Notes under the pieces: generated by a model
The model's database searches: none
The model's input: only the letters and a program-made list of their open reading frames with translations
What the model was told of the DNA's origin: nothing
IMG/VR virus record: IMGVR_UViG_3300045988_092515
Span: 1 to 47,370 of that record
Reading direction: 5' to 3' (one strand)
DNA length: 47,370 nt
Source of the DNA: a virus
Position numbers and translations under genes: made by a program
Shown: positions 23,762 through 33,914 of the stretch, piece after piece
Numbering within the stretch: the stretch's first letter is position 1
Layout of the letters: each line of letters starts with the position of its first letter

Positions 23762-26700
23762 ATGGCTGATGGTTCCGTTACCATCGAAATTAACGGCGAT
23801 GCCAGCGAAGTAATAAACTCGTTCAAACAAGTTTCATCTGCTGCCGAAGCATTAGCAAACAACCTAAAGGGTATCACTGGCTCATTTGAGGCTGTTTCCA
23901 GCGCTTCGCGGGGCATGTCAGAGGGTATTTCTGGTTCCCTTGGGGACATTGATACATATCTTAATGAAATCGACGCCTCACTGAATGAGCTGAACAACGA
24001 TCCGTTTTCCACGGCGGCGGATGGTGCTCAAAACTTAGGGAATTCACTGAACGATATGGATTCCTACCTAGATGATCTTGAATCATCGTTCGATGAACTG
24101 CGAAACGACCCATTTAGCACAAATTCGGACGGCGCGGACCATCTTCGTGAGGATTTGGACAGGTTGAGCGATTCAGCAGATGATGCCGAGGAAGACCTGG
24201 ATAGATTGGGTGATGCTGCCGATGATGCCGGGGACCAGATGGATGAAGCTGGTGGTAGTGCCAGCAAATTCGGCGAGATTTTCAAAGGCACCTTCATGGG
24301 CAATCTCGCTGCCAAGGGCGTCGAGTTGGCCGTTGAAGCCGTTAAAAAACTCGGCGAGGCTATGATCGACGTCGGCAAGCAGGCCGTCGAAGCCTACGCT
24401 TCTTATGAGCAGAATGTAGGCGGCATTGATACCTTATTTAAAGAAGCCAGCGGCACGATGCAACAGTACGCCGCTAACGCCTACAAAACAGCCGGGCTTT
24501 CTGCCAACCAGTACATGGAGACGGCTACATCGTTCGCCGCGTCTCTGGTTTCTGGTCTGGGCGGTGACGTAAACAAAGCGGCAGAGATAGCAAACCGAGC
24601 TATCACCGACATGTCGGACAACGCCAACAAGATGGGCACCGACATGCAAAGCATACAGGACGCCTACCAAGGTTTTGCTAAGCAAAACTACACGATGTTA
24701 GATAACCTAAAACTGGGTTATGGCGGCACACAATCAGAAATGATTCGCCTAATCAACGATTCAGGCGTCCTTGGTAAAAAAATTAGCAGCCTAGATAATG
24801 TGTCGTTTGCGACAATGATCGAGGCTATCCATGCGGTGCAAAACAATCTCGGTATCACTGGCACCACGGCGAAGGAAGCAGCTACCACTATCGAGGGTAG
24901 CGTAAACTCCATGAAGGGTGCCTGGGAAAACTGGCTCGTCGGGCTGGCAAGCCCGGATGCAGACCTTGGTGCGCTTACACAGAACCTAGTCCAGAGCGTT
25001 GTTACAGTCATTCAAAACGTCGGTCCGACTATCGGACGAATTCTTAGTAATTTGGGAAGCCTCATCCTGGATGGTCTGAGCAATCTATTTCCCGACGTTG
25101 CAGGCTGGATTTCTGGCCCCATTGAAGGTGTGAAATCGGCATTTTCCACATTAGGGGAAGCCATAGGCAAGGTTTTTACACCAGAACGAACGGCGGCAAT
25201 CAGTGAGTTTTTCCAGAAATTTACCGAAATTGCGGCAACGGTAGCTATCACAGCTCTCAGTGCTGCCCTTGAATTTTTGGCAAACGTAATTACCGCCGTT
25301 GTAACGGTAATTGGTGCGCTGATAACCTTTTTCAGCACCACTTTACCCAACGCAATCCAAACGGTAATCACCTGGTTCCAAAACCTGCCTGAAAACATCA
25401 CCAACGCACTGACAGCGGCAGGTGAGGCTATTCGCAACTGGGGCACCTCAGCGAAGGAAGCGCTGGTAAACGCTGTAACCAATGCTATCAATGCAGTTGT
25501 TACATGGTTTTCCGGGCTAGCAAGCAAAATTACCAGTGCTTTAACGGCGGCTGGTGCTGCTATCCGCAACTGGGGCAACAACGTTAAGCAGACGATGGTG
25601 AACGCCGTAACCAATGCCATTAACGCGGTGGTTACATGGTTCCAGAATCTCGCTGGTAAAATCACCAGCGCACTAACAACGGCGGGTGCCGCTGTTCGTA
25701 GTTGGGGATCGCAGATGATAGCCAACATGCGGCAGGCGGCGAGCAACGCCGTCAACGCGGTTATCACCTTCTTCTCGTCCCTTCCTGGCAAAATCAAAAG
25801 CGCTTTAGCAGGCGCTCTTTCCGCCCTGATTAGTTGGGGTTCTCAGATGGCGTCCCAGGCCAGGGCCAAAATGGTGCAGGTTGGCAACAACATCAAATCA
25901 ACGCTTTCTTCGTTGCCTGGACAATTGAAATCCATCGGTTCCAACATCATCCAGGGACTAATCAATGGTATTTCCGGCAAGATCAGCGCGGCTATTGGAA
26001 AAATCAAAAGCTTTGCCGGGCAAATCAAGGACGCTTTCACCAGCCTTTTAGGAATTAATTCGCCGTCCAAAGTATTCTATGAGTACGGCGTGAACATCAT
26101 TCAGGGCCTTGCAAACGGCTTGAAGGAAAACATCAAACTGGCCCGTGATGCAGCTAGAAACGTTGCTAACATCGTTTCCAAAGAGGTTGAAAAGCTGAAC
26201 GAAGAGATTGAAAAAATCGAAACGGCAGCTAATGAACGTGCAGCAGCTAAAGAGCTTGCTGAGTACAAGAAAAACCTAAAGGAAAAGAACGACGAACTAG
26301 CCAAGGCAGAAATCAAGGACAGGGAAAAGATTCAGGCTGATATCGACAAGCTGAATGAAGATTGGAACGAAAAACAGCTCCAAAAGCAGGAAGCAGCTCA
26401 GAAGGAAGCTCTGAAATCCCAAGCGGATGCCCTGAATGAAATCAAGAACAACTACGAAAAAGCACTGAACGCTGTTGAAAGCAGCCGGGATAGTTTGCAG
26501 GGCAAGTTAAGCGACGTTGATCTATTCACCGAGGAAGATGATTTCTTCCAGCTGACAAACCTGCAAAATAGTATCGACGCTATCAACAAGTATGGCGATA
26601 CCATCCAGGCCCTAAAAGACCGTGGCATTGCGGATAGCTTGCTTGATGAAGTCTTGGGGCTGGATCAAGAAAAGGCCATGAAGTACGCCAACGCCCTGTT

Positions 26701-27238
26701 GAGCATGGCGGACGATCAATACGAAAACTATATGTCCCTGTGGCAGGAGAAGGAAGCGGCATCTAAAAAGGTGGCCCAATCCATCTATCAGACGGAAATC
26801 GACGCTATCCATGACGAATACCTGGATAAGTTGCCGGATGAGTTTAAGCCTGCTGGGCAAGAGGCTATGGATGCTTTCGGTGACGGCTTGGCTATCAGTG
26901 GGGAACGGGCCATAGCAATAGCAAAATCCGTATCTGATAGCATCCTGGCAGAACTGGATAGAATCAACGCTGCCGACGTGGTTTCCAGGACGGTAAACGC
27001 CGATGTTTCCGACTTCTCTGGGCGGCTGACTGGTACGGTAAACGACAAAGCGGCACAGGCCGCGTCGTTGAAAACCGAGGATATGACCGGACTGGCAAAT
27101 GCCATTGTCCTAGCATCCAGCGCCCAGGGACGAAGCAAGGAAATCGTGCTGAATCTGAACGGCAAAGAGGTCGCCCGTGGCCTGATTGACGATATCCGAG
27201 CCGTGGAAGACCAAAGTCCGCGCATAGTAAGCGATTAA
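23762..27238 (+). CDS. Tail tape measure protein
   Basis: 1158 aa, helical and low-complexity, with internal repeats, in the canonical position. Confidence 0.9.
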   Translation: MADGSVTIEINGDASEVINSFKQVSSAAEALANNLKGITGSFEAVSSASRGMSEGISGSLGDIDTYLNEIDASLNELNNDPFSTAADGAQNLGNSLNDMDSYLDDLESSFDELRNDPFSTNSDGADHLREDLDRLSDSADDAEEDLDRLGDAADDAGDQMDEAGGSASKFGEIFKGTFMGNLAAKGVELAVEAVKKLGEAMIDVGKQAVEAYASYEQNVGGIDTLFKEASGTMQQYAANAYKTAGLSANQYMETATSFAASLVSGLGGDVNKAAEIANRAITDMSDNANKMGTDMQSIQDAYQGFAKQNYTMLDNLKLGYGGTQSEMIRLINDSGVLGKKISSLDNVSFATMIEAIHAVQNNLGITGTTAKEAATTIEGSVNSMKGAWENWLVGLASPDADLGALTQNLVQSVVTVIQNVGPTIGRILSNLGSLILDGLSNLFPDVAGWISGPIEGVKSAFSTLGEAIGKVFTPERTAAISEFFQKFTEIAATVAITALSAALEFLANVITAVVTVIGALITFFSTTLPNAIQTVITWFQNLPENITNALTAAGEAIRNWGTSAKEALVNAVTNAINAVVTWFSGLASKITSALTAAGAAIRNWGNNVKQTMVNAVTNAINAVVTWFQNLAGKITSALTTAGAAVRSWGSQMIANMRQAASNAVNAVITFFSSLPGKIKSALAGALSALISWGSQMASQARAKMVQVGNNIKSTLSSLPGQLKSIGSNIIQGLINGISGKISAAIGKIKSFAGQIKDAFTSLLGINSPSKVFYEYGVNIIQGLANGLKENIKLARDAARNVANIVSKEVEKLNEEIEKIETAANERAAAKELAEYKKNLKEKNDELAKAEIKDREKIQADIDKLNEDWNEKQLQKQEAAQKEALKSQADALNEIKNNYEKALNAVESSRDSLQGKLSDVDLFTEEDDFFQLTNLQNSIDAINKYGDTIQALKDRGIADSLLDEVLGLDQEKAMKYANALLSMADDQYENYMSLWQEKEAASKKVAQSIYQTEIDAIHDEYLDKLPDEFKPAGQEAMDAFGDGLAISGERAIAIAKSVSDSILAELDRINAADVVSRTVNADVSDFSGRLTGTVNDKAAQAASLKTEDMTGLANAIVLASSAQGRSKEIVLNLNGKEVARGLIDDIRAVEDQSPRIVSD
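25397..25924 (+). repeat. Four tandem 132-bp (44-aa) repeats inside the tape measure gene
   Basis: Units start at 25397, 25529, 25661 and 25793: ITNALTAAGEAIRNWGTSAKEALVNAVTNAINAVVTWFSGLASK / ITSALTAAGAAIRNWGNNVKQTMVNAVTNAINAVVTWFQNLAGK / ITSALTTAGAAVRSWGSQ... / IKSALAGALSALISWGSQ... Confidence 0.8.
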
Positions 27239-27250
27239 GGGGGTGGGAAA

Positions 27251-27646
27251 ATGAACGAAGATACTGGCAACATGTTCCTCTCTATCGACGGAATCGAAGT
27301 CGAAGATTTGGAAGAGGGGGACTACACCGCCTATGAGGAAGAGCTAGGCGTCTCAGAGCGTATGATTTCCGGGCGGCGTATCGAAGAAGTCCGCGCTACC
27401 ATCTGGCACGTGGAACTGGAATGGTCTGCAATCGACTATGCCACAATGCAACGGATTGCAGAGGCCATGAAAGCGAAGCGTCGGCATCAATTGTTTTTCC
27501 TGCCCTCTACCGGCGGGAAAGAGCTGGTGCAGGGGTGGTTCCATCTGGTAGAACAGCCTCAACCCACGCTCACCCGCTGGGGAGACGCTGGCCCCACCTG
27601 GGGCGGGTACAAACTTGTATTCGAGGAGATCGACGGCCATGATTAA
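27251..27646 (+). CDS. Small tail component (possible distal tail protein)
   Basis: Called only from its position directly after the tape measure gene. 131 aa. Confidence 0.35.
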   Translation: MNEDTGNMFLSIDGIEVEDLEEGDYTAYEEELGVSERMISGRRIEEVRATIWHVELEWSAIDYATMQRIAEAMKAKRRHQLFFLPSTGGKELVQGWFHLVEQPQPTLTRWGDAGPTWGGYKLVFEEIDGHD

Positions 27647-29819
27647 ACACAGCGCAGAATATGATGCCGCTATCGTGGCTGATTCCAGAAAACAGCTAGT
27701 CCGGGCAGTGTTCGATCTGGTAGACCCGGATGCAACCATCAACAGCATCACTCCCAATGAGGAAGGGCCTATCTCTAACTCAGCCCAGGTGGCGAATCGT
27801 GGCAACGACGAAAGCCCGGATACCATTGCAACACTGGAACTGAATCGCTGGGTACTGGATGGTAGTTTTACCATCCGGCCCAGCGACCCAGCGGACAGAA
27901 GGGGACAGGTTGGCTGGGAAGGGGAGACCCTATCGGGCCAGGATGGGAGTTTTCCCGAACCCTATCCCTATATCGAAATCGCAGTGTCCAACATCGAAAT
28001 CTTGCAGGCCGTCACGACGCAGTTTTCCAGCAAATCGGCGGACGGGTACCCAACTGAGTTCGATGTTCAGGTTTGGAGCGGTGATAACCTTCTGTATACC
28101 AGGGCTGTGACGAACAACCGAGATACCAGTGTGGTCATTGATGGATTCACGGTGAACTATCCCACACGGGCGCGGCTGACTATTAAAAAATGGTCCCTGC
28201 CTAACCGCGTTGTCCGGGTTCTGCGCCTGCTGTTCGGCCTGTATGAAACATGGGACACGAAAGTTTTGCAGTCCGTGGATATCCTGACAGAGGTGACTTT
28301 CTCAGGGCTGAAAATCCCGTATTCGACCTGTGACATTCGGGTGGAAAACAAAGACCATCGTTTCGACCCCTATGCCCCGAACACGATTTTTACATCTATC
28401 GAAGATCGACAAAGAATCGTCGTGGAGCTGGGCCTATACCTAGAGGATGGCACGATTGAGTGGTTGCCCGGTGGTACCTACTACCAGCAAAGCGCAGGTT
28501 GGAAGCTGCAAGACCTTACTGTTGAATGGTCCCTTGTGGACGTTATCGGGGCGCTGACCAAGAGAAATTTCATCGTCCCCGAAACACTGCCAACGAAAGT
28601 ATCCGGCTGGATAGAGGCTATTATGGCAAGCCTGGGCGCAAACTTCCGCACAAACTACATCGTGGAAGATGCTGTAAAGGATATTTCCATTACAGCCACG
28701 AAGGACGATATCAAGGATAAAAAATGCGGCGAGATGCTACGCTTCCTCTGCATGGCAATCAACGCATGGCCCCGGCAGGATTTCGCGACCGGCTACCTGC
28801 GTGTCGGCAAGCTGGCCCAGGACGAAGGGAACCGAATTACCCTAGATAACATGTACGAATACCCGGAAATGTCGGCAAACGATGATATAGCGGATATCAC
28901 GTTTAAGTTGGACAACAACAACGAAGTTACATTTTCCGGGAATAACACCGAATCCGAGGTATCCCTGAGTGTCGATAACCCGTTTATCCACACAGAAGCG
29001 GATGCCAGAAAGGCAGTTATATCCTGCCTGTTCGAGTACGGCGGGCGTTCGTTCAGCGTGAAAAGTCGGGGCAATCCATCCAGCGAATGCGGCGATATCC
29101 AGGCGGTAGACACGCAATTCAAAAGCACGATTTCCGCCCGACTGTACAAACAGCAGCTTACCCTAGAAGATGGCGTCATGCGTTCCAGTCCGTCCGAACT
29201 GGTGCAGTCTCCCAATGATTCCATGTATCAAAACAAGATAGTTCTCACTGGTTCTGGTACCTGGACAGCGCCCCAGGCCGGTGCAATCAAAATCACGCTG
29301 ATTGGCGGCGGCAACGGCGGCATGGGCGGCGGCGGCGGCAATATGCTGTGGGGTGATTCTTTCGACCCGAAGGACAACGATGGCGGCATCGGTGGCAATG
29401 GTGGCAGGGTGTTCATCATCGAAACAACTGCCACCAAAAACCAAGCATATACCTACGCTTGTGGCGCGGCTGGTACCGGCGGCGCTGGTGGTGCAAAGGG
29501 CCAGGATGGTGCCAAGGGAACGGATGGCATGCCTACTACATTCGGTGTGTTCACGTCCGCCAACGGTAAAATCTACACCTCTGGTTTGATGGACATTCAA
29601 AGTGGCGCTGTGTACGCCCAGAAGGGCGCTGACTATGCCGGTACAATCACCGGCCTGGAAGGTTCCGGCGGCGCAGGCGGCAAGCAAGGCCGCAATGGTA
29701 AATACGCCCAGCGCAAAGACAAAGAAACCGGCATGTATCATACCTATGTAGCCGCAAGAGCTACGGAGGGCACAGCCGGGGAGAACGGAAAACCTGGGTG
29801 TGTAATCGTAGAATGGTAG
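27639..29819 (+). CDS. Tail tip protein (Tal-like) with a C-terminal glycine-rich domain
   Basis: 726 aa from the ATG at 27639. C-terminal LTGSGTWTAPQAGAIKITLIGGGNGGMGGGGG...GGIGGNGGRVFI...AGTGGAGGAKGQDGAKGTDG...GSGGAGGKQG...GENGKPGCVIVEW. Confidence 0.6.
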   Translation: MIKHSAEYDAAIVADSRKQLVRAVFDLVDPDATINSITPNEEGPISNSAQVANRGNDESPDTIATLELNRWVLDGSFTIRPSDPADRRGQVGWEGETLSGQDGSFPEPYPYIEIAVSNIEILQAVTTQFSSKSADGYPTEFDVQVWSGDNLLYTRAVTNNRDTSVVIDGFTVNYPTRARLTIKKWSLPNRVVRVLRLLFGLYETWDTKVLQSVDILTEVTFSGLKIPYSTCDIRVENKDHRFDPYAPNTIFTSIEDRQRIVVELGLYLEDGTIEWLPGGTYYQQSAGWKLQDLTVEWSLVDVIGALTKRNFIVPETLPTKVSGWIEAIMASLGANFRTNYIVEDAVKDISITATKDDIKDKKCGEMLRFLCMAINAWPRQDFATGYLRVGKLAQDEGNRITLDNMYEYPEMSANDDIADITFKLDNNNEVTFSGNNTESEVSLSVDNPFIHTEADARKAVISCLFEYGGRSFSVKSRGNPSSECGDIQAVDTQFKSTISARLYKQQLTLEDGVMRSSPSELVQSPNDSMYQNKIVLTGSGTWTAPQAGAIKITLIGGGNGGMGGGGGNMLWGDSFDPKDNDGGIGGNGGRVFIIETTATKNQAYTYACGAAGTGGAGGAKGQDGAKGTDGMPTTFGVFTSANGKIYTSGLMDIQSGAVYAQKGADYAGTITGLEGSGGAGGKQGRNGKYAQRKDKETGMYHTYVAARATEGTAGENGKPGCVIVEW

Positions 29820-29827
29820 GTGATTCA

Positions 29828-30343
29828 ATGGGTGTAAAGCGTTCAGCAATTACAGAAAACGGTAGTATAATCGACGCCCTAATCACGGACCGTACAGCAT
29901 CGGATGTTTCCGAAGCCGTTAGTTTGGCCCAGAAAATCAGCACAGGAAACGCAACGGAAGCGGAAATCACCGAGTTTCTGACCGTGATGAAGGGGAGTTA
30001 CAACTACACCGACATGAATCGTGTTGGCCAGGCAGTGGCTTACCTTCGGGATAGACTGCGTGACGATGCTGGTACTTCTGTGGAGGTAGCCCCTAAAACG
30101 GACTGGGCCAACGGTGATATCCCAACCCCGGAGCAGGCGGCGCAGTATATCAGCAATGTAAAAAACATCCGTGCGGCGTTCATCCTGCCGGAGAACACAC
30201 CACCAGCTCCCGAATCCCTGTCCAACCTAACCTATTCCCAGGCGAACAATATCGAAACGATATTCCGAAACCTGGACAAAACAATCGAATCGCTGAAAAT
30301 CACGCTGATAACCAGCGGCGAAGTTTTCAGCGGGGAGGTGTAA
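29828..30343 (+). CDS. Tail fibre-associated protein
   Basis: Called from synteny between the tail tip and fibre genes. ...ITDRTASDVSEAVSLAQKI...YNYTDMNRVGQAVAYLRDRL. Confidence 0.45.
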   Translation: MGVKRSAITENGSIIDALITDRTASDVSEAVSLAQKISTGNATEAEITEFLTVMKGSYNYTDMNRVGQAVAYLRDRLRDDAGTSVEVAPKTDWANGDIPTPEQAAQYISNVKNIRAAFILPENTPPAPESLSNLTYSQANNIETIFRNLDKTIESLKITLITSGEVFSGEV

Positions 30344-30344
30344 C

Positions 30345-31856
30345 ATGATCGATTCTGTATTAAAGGGGACTGGTAACAGCCGATTCCTGAAAAGTGCGGT
30401 GCCCGCTGGGACTAGCTGGGCGGACGCCCTTGCAATGCTCCAGGCCGGTACATTCCCCATTGATTTCAACGGTATCAATGCCGAAGGATTCCAACAGGTG
30501 GGAACGCCTCTGAACAAGGCAAACTTGCTGAAAGATGCAACTGCCGCTCAAATCGGCCTCCCCCCCTCCACCACCCCCGACGGCATGTTTCAGGCGTTGG
30601 GGAATACGGGGGAGTTGCATGTGTGGCGGAAGACGGTAAAAAATGCGGCGGATATACCGGCAGGTTACACGTTGGAAGCGGCGCAATCTAACCTGCATGT
30701 TCCGACAGCTGGACAGTCGATTGATTTCGTCTTTTCTGCATCCATCACCGTGGGCGACGATGGAACGGTTTCCCAGCCGTCATCCGATTGGAAGAGCGTG
30801 TATGCAACCGATACATACGTGTCAGTTCTCCAGTCTCTTTTGGCTGGTAAATTTTTCACCACTAGAAGCATTTATGCCACTGGTATTGAGGGTGTGTGGT
30901 ACTGTCCATCTAACCTAACTGTTTCTGTGTCTGACAACGACATAATCCTAAGTCAGGCACAGAAAGTTAACGCCCACGGCATCATCCCCGCCGGAACAAC
31001 CAGCACCTACCCTGTATCAACCAACCCCAATGCGTATCAAGAGAGCGACGATGCGAAGGCGGCGGGGTATACGCTGGGGGAGGTGGAAACTGGTAAATTT
31101 GTGCTGGGGACCGGTATGGGTAGCAACGCGCAAAATATGTTCTACATTTCGAGCAGCGTAACCGTCGATGATAGCGGAAACATTTCGCAAGAAAACCAAG
31201 GAGCCACTTATATCAACGGAGAAGACAACAATACCATGCAGGGTAATGCGAACAACGTTATCGGGAAATTTGTGGTTCTAAATTCCAAAAAAAGCAATTC
31301 CGATTTCGACGTTGGAACGATTTGGTACATCCCGCCTGATGCAACTATCGGAAACAGTTACCTCACGGACGGCGGGGCTTACGATCAATTTAACATCACA
31401 AACTACGTCAACAAGCGCCAACCCGTCACCGGCTACGCCGCTATCCCTGCTGGAACCACTATCGAATACCTGGGGAAGCTTGGGGATAAAGCGAGGGTGC
31501 AGGTTGTGTCCTATGTGGGGACGGGGACGTATGGGGAGGATAATCCGTGTAGCATCTCGGTTGATTTTCCAATGAAAGCCATTGTATTCCTTGCTCGCGT
31601 TTATACGAATGAGAGCGACAAGAAAATAAGTACGTATTTTGTTAGCTCAAGTTATGCAAATGATGTGTCCAGCGTCCTTGTCGAACAAGTGCCAACGACC
31701 TATTCGCAGTCTCTTGGTCTTGGTAACAATTATTATAGCAATAATTTCGGCAAGAGAAGCAAAGATCGTAAATCTTATTACTGGTATAACACTAATAACG
31801 AGAGCGATCAAGGTAATTTTGCAGGCACTATCTACTATTTTCTTGTCATCGGCTAA
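30345..31856 (+). CDS. Tail fibre / receptor-binding protein
   Basis: N-terminal LKGTGNSRFLKSAVPAGTSW...FPIDFNGINAEGFQQVGTPLNKANLLKD is typical of Firmicutes prophage fibres. The C-terminal half is variable. Confidence 0.6.
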   Translation: MIDSVLKGTGNSRFLKSAVPAGTSWADALAMLQAGTFPIDFNGINAEGFQQVGTPLNKANLLKDATAAQIGLPPSTTPDGMFQALGNTGELHVWRKTVKNAADIPAGYTLEAAQSNLHVPTAGQSIDFVFSASITVGDDGTVSQPSSDWKSVYATDTYVSVLQSLLAGKFFTTRSIYATGIEGVWYCPSNLTVSVSDNDIILSQAQKVNAHGIIPAGTTSTYPVSTNPNAYQESDDAKAAGYTLGEVETGKFVLGTGMGSNAQNMFYISSSVTVDDSGNISQENQGATYINGEDNNTMQGNANNVIGKFVVLNSKKSNSDFDVGTIWYIPPDATIGNSYLTDGGAYDQFNITNYVNKRQPVTGYAAIPAGTTIEYLGKLGDKARVQVVSYVGTGTYGEDNPCSISVDFPMKAIVFLARVYTNESDKKISTYFVSSSYANDVSSVLVEQVPTTYSQSLGLGNNYYSNNFGKRSKDRKSYYWYNTNNESDQGNFAGTIYYFLVIG

Positions 31857-31874
31857 CTGAAAGGAGGGACACCC

Positions 31875-32231
31875 ATGTACTACATCAACCCAACAGGCCA
31901 AAACCACGGCAACCCTATGGGCCAACCCTTCCCCGGCTGTGTAGCTCTGCCCGATGAGCTGCTGATGGACTACATCAACACCAAGGGCTTCTGTACCATC
32001 ACCGTGCAGGACGGCGCTGTGACGGCGCTGGTGGTGGACCAGGAGGCGCTGGACGCCTACAACGCAGAGCACCCGGACGTGGAGCCGGAGAAGCCGGTGA
32101 CTGTGGAGGATTTGCAGGCGGAGAACAAGCTGCTGAGAGCCCAGGTGCAGGCCCAGACCGACCGGTCGGATTTTATCGAGGACTGCATCGCAGAAATGGC
32201 AGGCGTGGTCTACGCCGCCGGTGAAACCTGA
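31875..32231 (+). CDS. Hypothetical protein (tail/lysis junction)
   Basis: GGAGGG RBS and a 118-aa ORF. Confidence 0.45.
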   Translation: MYYINPTGQNHGNPMGQPFPGCVALPDELLMDYINTKGFCTITVQDGAVTALVVDQEALDAYNAEHPDVEPEKPVTVEDLQAENKLLRAQVQAQTDRSDFIEDCIAEMAGVVYAAGET

Positions 32232-32287
32232 TGATTCGGGGCATCGTGTCCCTTGTCATAAAAATTCTGATGAAAGGAGAGTTTGTG

Positions 32288-32446
32288 ATGATGGCTATGT
32301 TTTTTGCACAGCGCGTGATCCTGGGCAAGACCGCCTTTGATCAGGTGCCTAAGGCTCTGAAGAAGGGCGTCGCCGAAGTCTTGATTGATTCCGGTCTGCC
32401 CGAACTGGTGCCCTCCGAATACGGTGGCACTGCTGACGCACAGTAA
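32288..32446 (+). CDS. Small hypothetical protein
   Basis: AAAGGAGAG RBS before the ATG at 32288. Translation starts MMAMFFAQRVILGKTAFDQVPKALKKGVAEVL. Confidence 0.45.
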   Translation: MMAMFFAQRVILGKTAFDQVPKALKKGVAEVLIDSGLPELVPSEYGGTADAQ

Positions 32447-32453
32447 GCATAAC

Positions 32454-32483
32454 GGCCCCCGCGCTTTGCGGGGGCCAATCTTT
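32454..32483 (+). terminator. Intrinsic terminator-like hairpin
   Basis: GGCCCCCGC-gcttt-GCGGGGGCC followed by aatcttt. Confidence 0.55.
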
Positions 32484-32503
32484 CAGAAATGAGGTGCCAT
32501 TAT

Positions 32504-32923
32504 ATGGAACCTGAGCAGATCATTACGGCGCTCCTGGCTGTGCTGGGTTCGTCCGTCGCGATTGAAATCATCCCCATTAAAATCAATCCTTGGACGTGGC
32601 TGGCCCGGAGAATCGGGAAAGCTATTCTAGGAGATATTGCAGACCAACTGTCCGGGATTTCCGAACAGCTAAAAAGTCACATTGAAGAGGATGCTAGGGA
32701 CAAGGCCAAGCGCCTGCGGGTGCGCATCTTGCGATTTGCCGATGAGTTACTCCAGGGGGAGAAACACAGCCAAGAGCATTTTAATGAGATTTTGGAAGAC
32801 ATCACCGAGTATAACCGATACTGTGCCACACACCCGGATTTTCCGAATGACAAGGCTGCTATCTCCATCGGGCATATCGAAAACGTGTATCGGGCGCGGC
32901 TGGAAAACAACGATTTTTTGTAG
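32504..32923 (+). CDS. Membrane-anchored protein upstream of the holin (lysis-associated?)
   Basis: GAGGTG RBS before the ATG at 32504. One N-terminal TM segment (IITALLAVLGSSVAIEIIPI) followed by a helical domain. Confidence 0.45.
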   Translation: MEPEQIITALLAVLGSSVAIEIIPIKINPWTWLARRIGKAILGDIADQLSGISEQLKSHIEEDARDKAKRLRVRILRFADELLQGEKHSQEHFNEILEDITEYNRYCATHPDFPNDKAAISIGHIENVYRARLENNDFL

Positions 32924-32935
32924 GGAGGGACGCAC

Positions 32936-33127
32936 ATGAAACAACTGCTGAAACTGCTGGACGTGAAGAGCCTGGTGACGCTGGCTATGACCGGGGCGAT
33001 GATCGCCTTACTGTTTGCGCCGGTGAACGTGAATCAGGACGCTGTGACGCTGTTCTGCACGGCCTACGGGGCTATCATCACGTATTTCTTTACCAAAAAA
33101 ACGGAGGGAGGGACGAAAAATGAGTGA
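32936..33127 (+). CDS. Holin
   Basis: 63 aa, two TM segments (LVTLAMTGAMIALLFAPV and LFCTAYGAIITYFF), a charged C-terminus, directly upstream of the endolysin gene. Confidence 0.65.
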   Translation: MKQLLKLLDVKSLVTLAMTGAMIALLFAPVNVNQDAVTLFCTAYGAIITYFFTKKTEGGTKNE

Positions 33128-33902
33128 ATCCAGCTTAGCTACCTACGTCCACTACTCCCCCAACTGCACCAAGCCCCGACAGGGGACTATCCAGGGCGTG
33201 GCAATCCACTGCACCGCCGGAGGGCGGAACTTGCCCGCCCGCAGCTTTGCGGACATGAACCGCTTTGCCGTGAAGCAAAAAAACGGGGCATCCTGCCACT
33301 ATGTGGTAGGCGGTGACGGCTCCATTGCCCAGGTTTGCCGGGAGGAAAACCGGGCCTGGTGTACCAGCAACCCGATCGACCACCAGATCATCACCATCGA
33401 GGTTGCCAGCGACGCCGACGGGGTGTGCAAATGCAATGCGGCGGCACTCAACAGCCTGATTGAGCTGCTGGTGGATATCTGCCAGCGGAATAACATTCCC
33501 CGCCTGCTGTGGCGGGGGGATAAGGCGCTGATGGGGCAGTGGGATGAGCAGAACATGGTGGTGCATCGCTGGACGGCGAACAAAGCCTGTCCGGGGGACT
33601 ACCTGTATAATAAGCACGCGGCGATTGCCCAGGCCGTCAATGAGCGGCTTGGGGCGGAAATGGAGGATGAGGATATGGATATCAACAAGTTGTTGGCAGA
33701 AATGACGGGGGCGCAGGCCTACACACTGTATACCAAGGCCATGACGTTTGCTGCCGCCGTGGCGGAACCGGAGTGGAGCCGGAAGCAGGGCCATTGGGAA
33801 AAGGCCACCCTCAAGGGCATCGTGGACGGGCAGGAGCCGGAGCGGCCCGTCAAGCGGGATGAGCTGGCCGCTGTGCTGGGCCGTCTGGGGGTGCTGGATT
33901 GA
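33120..33902 (+). CDS. N-acetylmuramoyl-L-alanine amidase endolysin (Amidase_2/PGRP type)
   Basis: GVAIHCTAGG...SCHYVVGGDGSIAQVCREENRAWCTSN...ITIEVAS...HRWTANKACPGDYLY, plus a C-terminal putative wall-binding region. Confidence 0.9.
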   Translation: MSESSLATYVHYSPNCTKPRQGTIQGVAIHCTAGGRNLPARSFADMNRFAVKQKNGASCHYVVGGDGSIAQVCREENRAWCTSNPIDHQIITIEVASDADGVCKCNAAALNSLIELLVDICQRNNIPRLLWRGDKALMGQWDEQNMVVHRWTANKACPGDYLYNKHAAIAQAVNERLGAEMEDEDMDINKLLAEMTGAQAYTLYTKAMTFAAAVAEPEWSRKQGHWEKATLKGIVDGQEPERPVKRDELAAVLGRLGVLD

Positions 33903-33914
33903 GGGGGTGGTACC

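Noticed and set aside
25012-25797. 261-aa minus-strand ORF inside the tape measure gene
   Set aside because: It mirrors the repeat region of the tape measure gene, and no independent signals support it.
30345-31856. Diversity-generating retroelement targeting the fibre gene
   Set aside because: There is no reverse transcriptase gene anywhere in the genome, and no template-repeat copy of the fibre 3' end.
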